DNA of 64,000 bases from Bacteroidales bacterium. GTDB lineage: Bacteria; Bacteroidota; Bacteroidia; Bacteroidales; UBA3663. A model generated the notes under the pieces. It was not told the origin of the DNA and made no database searches. It was given only the letters and a program-made list of their open reading frames with translations. The stretch spans positions 784 through 64,783 of the forward strand of contig JAZQBS010000036.1 in the NCBI GenBank assembly GCA_045545875.1, given 5' to 3'. Below, piece by piece: positions 9,490 to 20,507 of the stretch; positions within the stretch are counted from its first letter, which is position 1, and the number at the start of each line of letters is the position of its first letter. Both the position numbers and the translations under genes were made by a program.

Positions 9490-9741
9490 ATGATCACCAA
9501 GGAAAGTATCGAAACGGCCTATTGTCTCCTGCACCAGAAGTTGCGGGTTTATCGCTATTCCAACATGGACTGGCAGAAAGACGACATCGAATACGCCATT
9601 GCAAGTTTCGTCACCAGCATGCCCAAGGAACTCTACGATGACCTTTCGGAAGGCCGCCCCGACTTTCTCCTCGACCACAAGCGTTTTGCCGATGACATGA
9701 CCCTTGCAGTCAACCGCCTCGAGCAAATGTTGGGGATATAG
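9490..9741 (+). CDS. Small hypothetical protein
   Basis: 83-aa ORF with host codon usage; TATCTTTG promoter upstream. Confidence 0.7.
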   Translation: MITKESIETAYCLLHQKLRVYRYSNMDWQKDDIEYAIASFVTSMPKELYDDLSEGRPDFLLDHKRFADDMTLAVNRLEQMLGI

Positions 9742-9838
9742 CCCTCTTGTCCCCGTCAGCAGCAGTGTATGGCTGCCCCACGTTCCTGTCGCGGCCATCT
9801 ATGGCTGCCATCCTCAGTTCCTCACCCCCTTTCATCCC

Positions 9839-10609
9839 ATGCTTCTCATTACCCTAGCCGGCCTACTTCCCGCCGCACTCCTCGTCTATCATATCTACCG
9901 CGCAGACTTCCTGCAGCCCGAACCGCTCGACCAGCTCAAGCGGGCCATCATCTTCGGCATCGGCTCCATCTTTGTGTCTATGCTGTTCAGCACGCCCTTT
10001 GAAGTGCTTGGTCTCTTCTCTAAATCCTACTCCACGATGACGGGAGCATTTCGTCTCGCCCTCTTCGGCGCAGGCATTCCCGAGGAATTGGCCAAACTCA
10101 TCATGCTCTTCCTGGTAGTGCGCAATAATCCCTATTTCAACGAGAAGATGGACGGCATCGTCTATGCCGTCTGCGTGAGCATGGGTTTCGCTGGTTTCGA
10201 GAACCTGGCATACCTCGGTGCGGCAGGCGAAAACTGGTTCGGCGTGAGCGTCTCTCGTGCCCTTCTCGCCGTGCCTTGTCATTATTACAACGGTGTCTTT
10301 ATGGGTTACTTCTTCGCCAAGTACTGGTTCGAAAGTGAGAACAAGTTCAACAACCTCTGTTGGGCATTCCTCGCTCCTGTCATAACCCATACGCTCTACG
10401 ACTTCATATTGATGTATATGAACGTCGAGAATTCTCCGCTTGTCTATACGCTTCTCTTTGCTTTCCTCATCTACCTCTGCCTGCAGATGCTCAAATGGTC
10501 ACGAAAAAGAATTTCCGAGCATCTTGACGAAGATGCCCGGAATAAGGATGGTTATCAGAAGTCCGAAAGGTCAGCCCATGACTTTTACGACCGTAGTGAC
10601 CGAATCTAA
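9839..10609 (+). CDS. PrsW-family intramembrane glutamic protease
   Basis: EP, PEELAK, GFAGFEN and H..YD motifs; multiple TM segments. Confidence 0.88.
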   Translation: MLLITLAGLLPAALLVYHIYRADFLQPEPLDQLKRAIIFGIGSIFVSMLFSTPFEVLGLFSKSYSTMTGAFRLALFGAGIPEELAKLIMLFLVVRNNPYFNEKMDGIVYAVCVSMGFAGFENLAYLGAAGENWFGVSVSRALLAVPCHYYNGVFMGYFFAKYWFESENKFNNLCWAFLAPVITHTLYDFILMYMNVENSPLVYTLLFAFLIYLCLQMLKWSRKRISEHLDEDARNKDGYQKSERSAHDFYDRSDRI

Positions 10610-11598
10610 TAATTATACTCTTCTTCTTTCCCAATCGATTCGAACGCCCTAGCCTTTATGAACGGTGCCAGCAGCGAATCGATGCATTCAGACACTGTGT
10701 TACCCACGGGAACATCGGTCACTGCCATGCCCGCATCAGTCCTGTTTACCACAATACGGCACATCTCACCCTTTTCATTCCGATAGAAGTCGTTACGCGA
10801 GATCGACCCATTCTCCTTGCCCAACAGTTTTTTAATCGCTGTGGCATAGGTGGTCTTGCTGCTGTTGAGCGCCTTGATGGCATATTGCCCCGCAGCTGCT
10901 GCCGTGGCAAATTGCTCTTGCTCCATCTTATGAAACTCCAGTCCGCACTCCAGCGATTTCATAGCTCCTTCTTCTGTACCGTCGGTCGGAACGAGATATC
11001 TTCCATCAGGAAGGTCAAGCCACGAATGAATCGAAGCTGCCTTGCCTTGCTGAATGATGCCAAACAAATAATCTCCACTTGCCAATGGGTCGGGCAGACA
11101 AAGGAAATCGAACCAGTTCAGGAACCGTCCTCCTGTCTTCTGCTTCAAGTCACGGCCAAACGGACTGCCCATATCGATCTCGGCATTCCACCGGTCGATT
11201 AGTTCGACATACCAATAGGTGACTTCAATCTGCCTACGGATGGCACCCAGCGTCTTATGATGCACGGCAATATTGGTATTGGCCAGGCCTTCGGATGTAG
11301 CGGGCTTTTCGTTCACATCCATCAGATGAATACGTTGGTCCTTGTCAACAATATCAATACCCGAGACGACTTTCTCACCGTCGTCTTCGTTCAGCACCAG
11401 TTCATATTTGTTTGCCGTGGCTTTGCTTATCCATTGATTACTGCCAATACGGCGAAGGCCGAACTTAGCCAATTCGGCACGAAGTTCAGCATTGTAGTTA
11501 CGTCCTTTTGCGAGGCTCAATAGGTCTTGCCCTTCCATTGTTGTTTTTAAGAATGAATGACGATCAGGAATCACGTTTTCCCATGGAACGCATTTCAA
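10606..11598 (-). CDS. Hypothetical protein
   Basis: 330-aa ORF, no recognised domain; start uncertain. Confidence 0.65.
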   Translation of the reverse strand: MKCVPWENVIPDRHSFLKTTMEGQDLLSLAKGRNYNAELRAELAKFGLRRIGSNQWISKATANKYELVLNEDDGEKVVSGIDIVDKDQRIHLMDVNEKPATSEGLANTNIAVHHKTLGAIRRQIEVTYWYVELIDRWNAEIDMGSPFGRDLKQKTGGRFLNWFDFLCLPDPLASGDYLFGIIQQGKAASIHSWLDLPDGRYLVPTDGTEEGAMKSLECGLEFHKMEQEQFATAAAAGQYAIKALNSSKTTYATAIKKLLGKENGSISRNDFYRNEKGEMCRIVVNRTDAGMAVTDVPVGNTVSECIDSLLAPFIKARAFESIGKEEEYNY

Positions 11599-11804
11599 TG
11601 CCGCAAAAATACAGTCTTTTTTTCATATTTCCAAATAATCCTCAAAGAAAAAATAAGTTTTGTAGTCAAAAAATGACAAATAGGGGCATTTTTGCCAATC
11701 ATAAAGGAGAATAAAACAAAAAAAAGACAAATTCTTCCAATTATTTGGTGAATTTGGAAATAATTAGTATCTTTGCACCCGATAAAAAAATATATATAAG
11801 TAAT

Positions 11805-12434
11805 ATGATCATCGAACAAGGCAAGCATGTGGCCGTGTCCTATAAGTTGACAGGCTACGAAGCTCCGGAAAATCCCAACGAAGCACCAGAAATTGAAGAT
11901 ATCGAGGAGACCCATCCGGGTCAACCTTTTGAGTTTATCTTTGGAGTAGGGCAATTGATTCCAGGTTTTGAGAAGAATATCGAAGGCAAGCAGAAGGGCG
12001 ACAGTTTTGACTTTACCCTCGCCCCAGCCGAAGCATATGGCGAATACGACGACGAGAAAGTCATCGCCTTGCCAAAGCACCTCTTCACCGACCCCAAGAC
12101 GGGCAAATTCCTTGCCGACATGGTGCAGGAAGGTGCACAGGTGCCCCTCCAGAACCAGAATGGCGACATCGTCCCCTCCACCGTCCAGAAAATCACAGCC
12201 AAGGAAGTGATCTGCGACATCAACCATCCCCTCGCAGGCATGCATCTGCATTTCAACGGCCAGGTCGAAGAGGTGCGCGAAGCCACCGAACAGGACAAGA
12301 TTGAGTATATGCGCCAGATGACTGGCGGATGTGGTGGCGATTGTGGAGGTTGCGGTGGCGGTTGTGGTAGCAACTGCGAAGGTGGCGATTGCAGTAGCAA
12401 TGGCTGCAAGGGCGGTGGCTGCGGTTGTAAATAA
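11805..12434 (+). CDS. slyD: FKBP-type peptidyl-prolyl isomerase (SlyD-like) with Cys/Gly-rich tail
   Basis: [32 protein letters not shown]; GGCGGDC tail. Confidence 0.9.
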   Translation: MIIEQGKHVAVSYKLTGYEAPENPNEAPEIEDIEETHPGQPFEFIFGVGQLIPGFEKNIEGKQKGDSFDFTLAPAEAYGEYDDEKVIALPKHLFTDPKTGKFLADMVQEGAQVPLQNQNGDIVPSTVQKITAKEVICDINHPLAGMHLHFNGQVEEVREATEQDKIEYMRQMTGGCGGDCGGCGGGCGSNCEGGDCSSNGCKGGGCGCK

Positions 12435-12445
12435 CGTTTTTTGAG

Positions 12446-13540
12446 GTGAATACTTTCGGCAACATATTCCGACTGACAACATTTGGCGAGAGCCATGGCC
12501 CTGCCGTAGGTGGCATCATCGACGGCATGCCCGCTGGCATCCCCGTCGATATGGAGTTCCTGCAGGCCGAGATGGCACGACGTCGTCCCGGACAGTCGGC
12601 CATCACCACGGCTCGTAGCGAAGCCGACCAGGTCGAAGTGCTGTCGGGTGTGTTCGAAGGTATGACCACCGGCACCCCCATCGGCTTCGAGGTACGCAAT
12701 TCCAACCAGCACTCGTCCGACTACGATGCCCTCCGTGATGTCTATCGACCCAGTCATGCCGACTACACTTACCAACAGAAGTATGGCCTGCGTGACCATC
12801 GTGGTGGCGGTCGCAGTTCGGCACGCGAGACGCTGAGCCGCGTTGTCGGCGGCGCCTTCGCCAAGATGGCTCTCCGTACGCTCGGCATCGATGTCAAGGC
12901 CTACACCAGCCAAGTTGGCAACATCTGTCTTGACAACGACTGGACGAAGTACGACCTCTCGCTCATCGAAACCAATGCCGTCCGATGCCCTGATGCCCAT
13001 TCTGCTGCGCTGATGGAGCAACTTATCCGCGAGGTCAAGGCCGATGGCGATACCATCGGAGGTGTCATCACCTGCGTCATCCAAGGTGTTCCCGCCGGTC
13101 TCGGAGAACCCGTCTTTGGCCGCCTCAATGCGGCCCTCGGTGCTGCAATGCTCAGCATCAATGCCTGCAAGGGTTTCGAATACGGTATGGGCTTTGCCCA
13201 ATGCGGTTGCCGTGGCAGCGAGATGATCGACACTTTTCTGCCCGCTTCTGCCATAGCCGACTCCGATCGAACTTTGCTCAAGACCGAAGCCAACCACAGC
13301 GGCGGCATCCAGGGTGGTATCTCCAACGGTGCACCTATCTATTTCCGCTGCGCTTTCAAGCCTGTGGCAACTCTCCTCAAGCCCATCCCAACTGTCAATC
13401 GCCAAGGCGAAGCAACCATACTCCAAGCGCGAGGTCGTCACGACCCATGTGTCCTGCCCCGTGCCGTACCCATCGTCGAAGCAATGGCCGCAATGACCAT
13501 CCTCGACTATTATCTCCTCAACAAGACAATACATATATAA
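12446..13540 (+). CDS. aroC: Chorismate synthase
   Basis: [31 protein letters not shown]; GTG start. Confidence 0.97.
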   Translation: MNTFGNIFRLTTFGESHGPAVGGIIDGMPAGIPVDMEFLQAEMARRRPGQSAITTARSEADQVEVLSGVFEGMTTGTPIGFEVRNSNQHSSDYDALRDVYRPSHADYTYQQKYGLRDHRGGGRSSARETLSRVVGGAFAKMALRTLGIDVKAYTSQVGNICLDNDWTKYDLSLIETNAVRCPDAHSAALMEQLIREVKADGDTIGGVITCVIQGVPAGLGEPVFGRLNAALGAAMLSINACKGFEYGMGFAQCGCRGSEMIDTFLPASAIADSDRTLLKTEANHSGGIQGGISNGAPIYFRCAFKPVATLLKPIPTVNRQGEATILQARGRHDPCVLPRAVPIVEAMAAMTILDYYLLNKTIHI

Positions 13541-13545
13541 AAATA

Positions 13546-14883
13546 ATGTATTACACCAAGCACCCTCTCAAACGTCTGATGGCGGGCATTCTGGCAATGC
13601 TTGCCATCGTTGCATGTTCGTCATGCAAGCACGACGATGATGACGTGACGAAAATCGACTACGAGAAAGTGGCCGACCATACCGTCCTAATGTATATGGT
13701 GGGCGATAATAATCTTTCTTCCTTGCTCGAGAACAATGTCCGTCAGTCCCATAGGGCTATGCTTGACAGCGTCGAAGTGGGCTCGCTCAATCTCGTTGTC
13801 ATGAAGGACAACAAGCAGAGTGGCGACGACCTACCCAAACTCTACTGGGTGCATCGCAATGCAGCTCAAAGACTCGACACTGTCATGCTGCAAACATGGA
13901 CCGAGGATATCGACCTTGCCGATCCTGACGTTCTCGCGTCGGTTATCAAGACAACGTTCACACGTTTCAATACGCCCATCAAAGGCCTCGTCCTTGCATC
14001 CCACGCAGCAGGATGGGTACCTGTCACGACCAACCATCAATACGATTCCCCGCGTCGCAAGGCTTTCGGTTACGATCAGATTAACCAGAACAACCTCGTT
14101 GGAAGCATTGAACTGTGGGATCTGGCTGAAGCCTTGCGCCAAGGGCCAAAGTTTGACTACATCATTGCCGACTGCTGCCACATGGGCAATGCCGAAACCA
14201 CCTACGAGTTGCGCGATGTTACACGCTACCTCGTCGCCAGTTCGCTCGAAGTGCAAGGTGCAGGTATGCCCTATCGCAAGGTCTTCACCCGCCTCTCACG
14301 GGTTAAATCTCTGTCCGACCTTCCCGAGGCTCTCGACTATTCCATGCGTTGCTACTTCGACGAGAATGCACCCTACGGTGCCTCGAAGAAAGGTGCAAGT
14401 GTCTCGCTCTACGACCTCACCTTCATGCCCCAGCTTGCATCAAGTTATCAGCAACTCATACGCAGCAATGCCAGCCGCCTTGAGCCGCTTGCCGAAGCCG
14501 ATCCCTTGATCATCACCGACTGGCTCGACTATTTCCAGCCCCTCGGTCGCGAATCCACTGGCAGTGGTGGAAGCGTCCACTACAAATACTATTACTACGA
14601 TATTCTGGATGTAATCAACTGGTTGGGCGAAGTCGATGCAGCCAATGCCCATGCCGCAATTCAGGCTCTCCAGCACATCGTCCTCAAGGAGTATCACAGT
14701 TCGCAGTTCTATAGCGAAATCATCATCGATCACCACTGCGGAATGGCTGTCACCCTCCCAGAGACCCTTCACCTCGCCAACGAGCCCGGCTATCGCCAAT
14801 TCTTCAGCGCCTACGCCAGCAACGCTGCAGGCCTCCTCGCTGCCTACCACCTCACGGCATGGGGAGCCATGATGGGATACTAA
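13546..14883 (+). CDS. Clostripain-family (C11) cysteine peptidase lipoprotein
   Basis: Lipobox CSSC, VLMYMVGDNNL, LASHAAGW (His), ADCCHMGNAE..YEL (Cys). Confidence 0.8.
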   Translation: MYYTKHPLKRLMAGILAMLAIVACSSCKHDDDDVTKIDYEKVADHTVLMYMVGDNNLSSLLENNVRQSHRAMLDSVEVGSLNLVVMKDNKQSGDDLPKLYWVHRNAAQRLDTVMLQTWTEDIDLADPDVLASVIKTTFTRFNTPIKGLVLASHAAGWVPVTTNHQYDSPRRKAFGYDQINQNNLVGSIELWDLAEALRQGPKFDYIIADCCHMGNAETTYELRDVTRYLVASSLEVQGAGMPYRKVFTRLSRVKSLSDLPEALDYSMRCYFDENAPYGASKKGASVSLYDLTFMPQLASSYQQLIRSNASRLEPLAEADPLIITDWLDYFQPLGRESTGSGGSVHYKYYYYDILDVINWLGEVDAANAHAAIQALQHIVLKEYHSSQFYSEIIIDHHCGMAVTLPETLHLANEPGYRQFFSAYASNAAGLLAAYHLTAWGAMMGY

Positions 14884-14915
14884 AAAAGCATTGCTCCTAC
14901 TAGGGGCAATGCTTT
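14884..14915. terminator. Terminator hairpin between the C11 peptidase and the SRP RNA
   Basis: AAAGCATTGCTCC-loop-GGGGCAATGCTTT. Confidence 0.7.
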
Positions 14916-14927
14916 AAAACAAAAAAT

Positions 14928-15022
14928 GGATGAGCTCTTCACATCGCGCCGCTACAACCTCACGCCCTTGCTGCGGTCAAGCCCTGGGGGATTAGAAGGA
15001 GCATGCCGTATGACACTCATCC
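14928..15022 (-). ncRNA. ffs: Signal recognition particle RNA (4.5S)
   Basis: Long terminal stem GGATGAG...CTCATCC with central CCCCCAGG...GCAGCAAGGG; TACTTTTG promoter at 15028-15035. Confidence 0.85.
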
Positions 15023-15158
15023 GACTGCAAAAGTACATACTTTTTTCGGTTCTGCCAAATTTTTCAGACAAAAAAAGCTAATTCTAACCGAAAATTTCCT
15101 TTTTTACCCGCAATTTTGTATCTTTGCAGCACAATTTTCGAACATTCGAAGACAAAGT

Positions 15159-15725
15159 ATGAACACTCTTGCCACTATAGTCAACAATTATCTAATGAAG
15201 ATGGCCGTGCCCCTCGCGGCATGGTTCATCCTCGAATATCTGGTCAAGAACGCCATGTACAGCAACGTCGTGCTCAGCCTCCTCATCTTCCCGATGATGC
15301 TGGTCACCCCCGTTGCACTATGGTGGATTCTCCGCAAACTTCGCAAAGAAATCCTCTACGATGCCATTCGTGGCATCCAGGCTTGGTCGTTTGGCGTCCA
15401 GCTCATGTTCTATGCCAGCCTCATCGAGGCACTCTTCATCTACGTCTACAATCAGTACATCAAGCCCGGCAACCTTCACACCATTCAGAAAGCTGCCATC
15501 GAGCAATACGAAAACGTACAGCAGACACTTGCCGCATCAGGCAGTTTCGAGCGATACATGCCCCGACTCGAGGAAGCTATCAAGGCTCTGAAGGAGGCGC
15601 CCGTTCTCACCCCCATCGAAACGGCTATGACCACCCTCTCCAACAACCTCTTCCTCTCCATCGTCCTCATGATTCCCATCGCCCTCATTGTCCGCAAACG
15701 TCCCCAAGCAAGCACCCCCTCCTAA
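15159..15725 (+). CDS. DUF4199-like membrane protein
   Basis: 4 TM segments, 'MFYASLI..YVY.QYI.P' pattern; upstream of a GT2 as commonly seen in Bacteroidales. Confidence 0.7.
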   Translation: MNTLATIVNNYLMKMAVPLAAWFILEYLVKNAMYSNVVLSLLIFPMMLVTPVALWWILRKLRKEILYDAIRGIQAWSFGVQLMFYASLIEALFIYVYNQYIKPGNLHTIQKAAIEQYENVQQTLAASGSFERYMPRLEEAIKALKEAPVLTPIETAMTTLSNNLFLSIVLMIPIALIVRKRPQASTPS

Positions 15726-15736
15726 CCCATCCCTAT

Positions 15737-16690
15737 ATGCTAGACATTTCTGTTATCATTCCCCTCTATAATGAAGACGAGTCCCTCCCTGAACTCGCCG
15801 CTTGGATTGACCGTGTAATGCAGGCCAACAACTTCTCATACGAAGTCATCTTCTGCAACGATGGCTCCACCGACAACTCCTGGCAGGTCATCAAGCAACT
15901 ACATCAGCAATATCCCCAGATGCACGGTATGTCCTTCCGTACTAATCACGGAAAGTCGCCTGCCCTCCACGTCGGCTTCGGCATGGCACAGGGCGACGTC
16001 GTCATCACTATGGACGCCGACCTTCAGGACTCACCCGACGAGATTCCCGAACTCTACCGCATGATCAAGGAAGAAGGATACGACCTCGTCAGCGGCTGGA
16101 AGAAAAAGCGCTATGACCCCCTCTCGAAGACCATCCCCACCAAACTCTTCAACGCCACCGTACGCGCCGTCTCGGGCATTCATAACCTCCACGATTTCAA
16201 CTGCGGCCTCAAGGCCTATCGCGGAGAAGTCGTCAAGCACATCGAGCTCTACGGTGATATGCACCGATATATCCCCTATATAGCCAAGAATGCCGGTTAC
16301 AAGAAGATTGGTGAGAAGGTCGTCCAGCACCAGGCACGCAAATACGGCAAGACCAAGTTCGGTCTCGACCGTTTCGTCAACGGGTACCTCGACCTCATCA
16401 CACTCTGGTTTCTCAATCGCTTTGGAGCCAAGCCTATGCTCGTCTTCGGCCTCTGGGGCACCATCATCTTCCTCATCGGCTTCATTGCCGTCCTCTACAT
16501 CGTCTGCCACAAGATCTACGTGCTCAGCACCGCAGGTACTGGCACGCTCATCACCGATATGCCAGCCTTCTACGTGGCCCTCACCAGTATGATTATTGGT
16601 GCTCAACTCTTCCTCGCCGGTTTCCTCGGCGAACTCATCTCTCGCACATCGGCCGAACGCAACAAGTATGACATCGCTGAAACCATCTGA
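15737..16690 (+). CDS. Glycosyltransferase family 2 (ArnC/DPM-like)
   Basis: SVIIPLYNE, NDGSTD, TMDADLQD, HDFNCGLKAY, 2 C-terminal TM. Confidence 0.92.
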   Translation: MLDISVIIPLYNEDESLPELAAWIDRVMQANNFSYEVIFCNDGSTDNSWQVIKQLHQQYPQMHGMSFRTNHGKSPALHVGFGMAQGDVVITMDADLQDSPDEIPELYRMIKEEGYDLVSGWKKKRYDPLSKTIPTKLFNATVRAVSGIHNLHDFNCGLKAYRGEVVKHIELYGDMHRYIPYIAKNAGYKKIGEKVVQHQARKYGKTKFGLDRFVNGYLDLITLWFLNRFGAKPMLVFGLWGTIIFLIGFIAVLYIVCHKIYVLSTAGTGTLITDMPAFYVALTSMIIGAQLFLAGFLGELISRTSAERNKYDIAETI

Positions 16691-17180
16691 CACGTCCTCT
16701 CGTCCGCTATCTAGAGCCTTGCGCCTCCTCCTGGGTGCCTGCTGCATCCAGGCTTTGCTGTGCGCATGCGACAACGGCTGCGAACAGGTGCGCGAAGCCT
16801 ATATGACCACTACATTCACTTCTACCAGTGGCCGAACTATGCGTTCCATCAGCCTCATCTGTCTCTCTGACACCCTCGGCTACAAGACCTCCATCTCACA
16901 GTTCACCGATGTCGAACTTCAGCTCAATCCCAAGGGCAATCACACCACCATGATCCTCGATTGCTCCTACAGCGACTACGGAGATCTCTACACCACCTCC
17001 GACACCGTTGATATATCCTATACTGTCGAACCTCGGTTCCTCGATATGGAGTGCGGGTGCACCGTCCTCTTCCGCATCGACGACGTGCATTTCACCCGTC
17101 ACCTCATCAGCAACCTCATCATCAACAACAACAATGTTGTCGCCGATGGAGAGGCAACAAACCTCATTTTCGAATATTAA
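16668..17180 (+). CDS. DUF6452-like lipoprotein
   Basis: Lipobox-like LCAC; 'DTV.ISY..PRFLDMECG' motif; start uncertain. Confidence 0.6.
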   Translation: MTSLKPSDTSSRPLSRALRLLLGACCIQALLCACDNGCEQVREAYMTTTFTSTSGRTMRSISLICLSDTLGYKTSISQFTDVELQLNPKGNHTTMILDCSYSDYGDLYTTSDTVDISYTVEPRFLDMECGCTVLFRIDDVHFTRHLISNLIINNNNVVADGEATNLIFEY

Positions 17181-17189
17181 TCCACGGGA

Positions 17190-17960
17190 ATGTTCCATCC
17201 ACGCTACGCCATAACCCTGGCCCTCGCCGCACTATTACTCTCCAACAGCCCCATGCTGCTGGCGCAGGGACGTTCCATTCCCGTTTCGTCCGAAGTCAAG
17301 GCCGAAGAACAGAAGGAACTGCCCGATGTGCTGCCCGAAGGCCAGAAGTACCGATATCGCTTCTTCAACGGCCTCAATGTTTCGGTCGATATCCTCGACC
17401 CCTTACTCTATACGTTCTACTTCGAGCATGCCTCCTTCGAAGCTCAGGTGATGGCCGACTTCCACCACCGCTTCTTCCCCATGGCTTCCTTCGGTATGGG
17501 CATAGCCGACGAAACCTCCGACAACGGTCTGGAGTATGGCACAGGCAAGAAGCAGGAGTTCAACTTCAAGTCAAACCTCGCACCTTTCGGCAAAATTGGT
17601 TTTGCCTACAACATCGACTACAACAGCACCCGTCCCAACGACCTCTACCTCGTCTTCCTCCGCTACGGACTGTCGTTCAACAAGGCCGATATCTCCAATC
17701 TCTACTATGCCGACGAGCTGTGGGGTTCCCTCGGTCCCATCTCCATCAACGACCAGGAGTACACTACCCAGTGGGTCGAAGTTGGCGGTATGGTCAAGGT
17801 CCAGATCGTCAAGCATATCTCCCTCGGTTGGGACCTCTATTTTAAGGCCAAAATCACGCAGAGCGGAACCCAATATGGCACCCCATTCTTCGTACCTGGC
17901 TACGGCTCCAACAAGTCCCACATCGGATTCTCTTTCCGACTCTTCTACGACATTTTCTAA
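17190..17960 (+). CDS. DUF6048-like outer-membrane beta-barrel protein
   Basis: Signal peptide, beta strands, P.FVPGYG motif, C-terminal F. Confidence 0.7.
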   Translation: MFHPRYAITLALAALLLSNSPMLLAQGRSIPVSSEVKAEEQKELPDVLPEGQKYRYRFFNGLNVSVDILDPLLYTFYFEHASFEAQVMADFHHRFFPMASFGMGIADETSDNGLEYGTGKKQEFNFKSNLAPFGKIGFAYNIDYNSTRPNDLYLVFLRYGLSFNKADISNLYYADELWGSLGPISINDQEYTTQWVEVGGMVKVQIVKHISLGWDLYFKAKITQSGTQYGTPFFVPGYGSNKSHIGFSFRLFYDIF

Positions 17961-17971
17961 CCCCCTTTCCC

Positions 17972-19033
17972 ATGAGCAAGCGTACCGCCAAACTCCTCAT
18001 CTACATCGTCACAGCTATCTGTGTCCTCGGCATCGCCATGCATCGACAGTCGTCCACCAGGCAGGCCGACAATGAGCCCGGCTCCTTCACGCAACTCGAA
18101 GGCACGGTCTTCCACACCGTCTATCACATCCAGTACGAAGGCAGTGCTGACTATCACGACGACATCAAGCGGCTCTTCCGCGAGTTCGACGGCTCGCTGT
18201 CAATGTTCAACGACACGTCAATCATTACGCGCATCAACCGCTGTGACACCTCCGTCATCGTCAACGACTACGTGCGCACCGTCCTCGAGAAGTCTCTCCA
18301 GGTGAGCGAGCTCACACAGGGTGCTTACGACATCACCGTTGCTCCGCTTGTCAACCTCTGGGGCTTCGGCTTCAAGAATGCCGATGGTGTGTCGCAGCAC
18401 ACCGTCGATTCCATCCTTCAGTTCGTGGGTTACGAAAAGATACACCTTACCCCCGATGGACATGTCCTTAAGGACGACCCGCGTGTCATCCTCGACGCCT
18501 CATCCATCGCCAAGGGCTATATGTGCGATGTGGTAGCCGATTACCTGCGCAGCCGCGACGTCAGCAACTTTATGGTCGAAATTGGTGGCGAGATCACCTG
18601 TGGTGGTCACAACTCCAAGGGAAAGCTGTGGAGCGTGGGCATCAACGAGCCCATCGAGGATTCCCTATCTACCTCCAATGTCCTGCGTGACATTATGCAC
18701 ATCACCGACTGCAGCGTTGCCACCTCGGGCAACTACCGTAACTTCTACTACAAGGACGGTCGCCGTTATGCACACATCATCGACCCCCACACCGGCTACC
18801 CCGCGCAGTACGACATCCTGTCCAGCACAGTCGTCGCTCCCAACTGCATCACTGCCGATGCCCTCGCCACCTCGTTTATGGTGCTCGGAAGCCAGCGCTC
18901 CCTCCGCATCCTCGAGGCCGACACTACCCTTATGGCATACTTCATCTGTAGCGATCCCGACTCCGACCACTACAAGGTGATCTATTCGCCAAAACTCAAG
19001 AACATGCTTTCCAGTCAAAACAAATCCAACTGA
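17972..19033 (+). CDS. apbE: FAD:protein FMN transferase (ApbE family)
   Basis: [43 protein letters not shown]. Confidence 0.92.
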   Translation: MSKRTAKLLIYIVTAICVLGIAMHRQSSTRQADNEPGSFTQLEGTVFHTVYHIQYEGSADYHDDIKRLFREFDGSLSMFNDTSIITRINRCDTSVIVNDYVRTVLEKSLQVSELTQGAYDITVAPLVNLWGFGFKNADGVSQHTVDSILQFVGYEKIHLTPDGHVLKDDPRVILDASSIAKGYMCDVVADYLRSRDVSNFMVEIGGEITCGGHNSKGKLWSVGINEPIEDSLSTSNVLRDIMHITDCSVATSGNYRNFYYKDGRRYAHIIDPHTGYPAQYDILSSTVVAPNCITADALATSFMVLGSQRSLRILEADTTLMAYFICSDPDSDHYKVIYSPKLKNMLSSQNKSN

Positions 19034-19049
19034 AAATAGTGCACATACT

Positions 19050-19964
19050 ATGCAGAACAACTTCATCTCCATCACCGATCTGAGCAAGGACGACATCCTC
19101 TCCCTGCTCCACGATGCCGCCCGTTTCGAGGCCAACCCCAACCAGCGCCTCCTCGAAGGCAAGGTCGTGGCTACGCTCTTCTTCGAGCCTTCAACCCGTA
19201 CCCGCCTCTCATTCGAGACCGCTGCCAACCGCCTCGGTGCACGTGTCATCGGATTCAGCGACCCCAACTCCTCTTCCACCTCTAAGGGTGAAACACTCAA
19301 GGATACCATCAAGATGGTGTCCAACTACGCCGACGTCATCGTCATGCGCCACTACCTCGAAGGCGCTGCACGCTATGCCTCCGAAGTAACCAACGTACCC
19401 ATCATCAATGCAGGCGACGGTGCCAACCAGCACCCCTCGCAGACCCTCCTCGACCTCTATTCCATCTGGAAGACTCAGGGCACCCTCGACGACCTCGACA
19501 TCACCATGGTTGGCGACCTCAAGTACGGTCGCACCGTCCACTCCCTTGTCCAAGCCCTCTCGTTCTTCAATCCACGCTTCCACTTCATCGCTCCCGACCT
19601 GCTGCGCATGCCCAACGGCTACCGCGACTTCTGCAATCGTCACAACCTCTATTTCGACGAGAGCGAGATCTTCGATGTCAACGCCATCGCCAACACCGAC
19701 ATCCTCTATATGACGCGCATTCAGAAGGAGCGTTTCAGCGATCTCCGTGAGTACGAGCAGGTCAAGAACGTCTACACCCTGCGCAATGCGATGCTCGAAG
19801 GCTCCAAGCCCAACCTCCGCGTGCTCCATCCGCTGCCACGCGTCAACGAGATTGCCTACGACGTGGACGAAAATCCCAAGGCTTATTATTTCCAGCAGGC
19901 CCAGAACGGACTCTATGCCCGCGAGGCCATCATTTGTCGAATGCTTAACATTGACCTGAAATGA
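19050..19964 (+). CDS. pyrB: Aspartate carbamoyltransferase catalytic subunit
   Basis: [37 protein letters not shown]. Confidence 0.97.
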   Translation: MQNNFISITDLSKDDILSLLHDAARFEANPNQRLLEGKVVATLFFEPSTRTRLSFETAANRLGARVIGFSDPNSSSTSKGETLKDTIKMVSNYADVIVMRHYLEGAARYASEVTNVPIINAGDGANQHPSQTLLDLYSIWKTQGTLDDLDITMVGDLKYGRTVHSLVQALSFFNPRFHFIAPDLLRMPNGYRDFCNRHNLYFDESEIFDVNAIANTDILYMTRIQKERFSDLREYEQVKNVYTLRNAMLEGSKPNLRVLHPLPRVNEIAYDVDENPKAYYFQQAQNGLYAREAIICRMLNIDLK

Positions 19965-20419
19965 GCGAAAAGAAAGAATTAGAAGTCAGTGCCATCAAGA
20001 ACGGCACTGTCATCGACCATATCCCCGCCAACGTGACGTTCAAGATCGTCCAGATCCTCGACCTCTACAACCACCCTGGCGCCATTACCATCGGTACCAA
20101 CCTCGATTCGATCACCCTCGGACGCAAGGGCATCATCAAGATTGCCGACCGCTATCTCTCTGATGAGGAAATCGGTCGTCTCAGCGTAGTCTCCCCCGAC
20201 GTCACCCTCAACATCATCAAGGATTACCAGATTGTCGAGAAGAAGTACGTCAAGTATCCCAAGCAGATCATCGGCGTCGTCAAGTGCACCAATCCCAAGT
20301 GTGTCACCAACCACCAGCCCATCCCAACCAAGATGGAAGTCTTCGACATGAACCAGAAGTCGCTGCGCTGCATCTACTGCGAACGCGTCATGCAGTATAG
20401 CGAAATCGAACTGCTTTAG
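19961..20419 (+). CDS. pyrI: Aspartate carbamoyltransferase regulatory subunit
   Basis: [23 protein letters not shown] zinc ligands. Confidence 0.96.
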   Translation: MSEKKELEVSAIKNGTVIDHIPANVTFKIVQILDLYNHPGAITIGTNLDSITLGRKGIIKIADRYLSDEEIGRLSVVSPDVTLNIIKDYQIVEKKYVKYPKQIIGVVKCTNPKCVTNHQPIPTKMEVFDMNQKSLRCIYCERVMQYSEIELL

Positions 20420-20440
20420 GTCTTCCCGACCTGAAAGAAT

Positions 20441-20507
20441 AAAAAAAAGAGGGCCGTCTCACGACGACCATCTTCACTAACCTTAAATCTTATACCATGA
20501 AAAACAC
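20441..20507 (-). ncRNA. Candidate small RNA with its own promoter and terminator
   Basis: TATCTTTG at 20512-20519, then TGTTTTTCATGGTATAAGATTTAAGGTTAG, then GGTCGTC-GTGA-GACGGCC hairpin and T8. Confidence 0.6.

Noticed and set aside
11921-13534. Long antisense ORFs (this 537-aa one, also 647-1519, 32590-33759, 44101-45492)
   Set aside because: These are shadows of real genes, caused by the strong C-ending codon bias that removes stops on the opposite strand. They carry no motifs.
13201-13545. N-terminal extensions in the ORF track (C11 peptidase, GT2, rpmB, serA, DUF4831-like, prsW)
   Set aside because: They overlap upstream genes or intergenic repeats. Downstream ATGs match the family N-termini or signal peptides.
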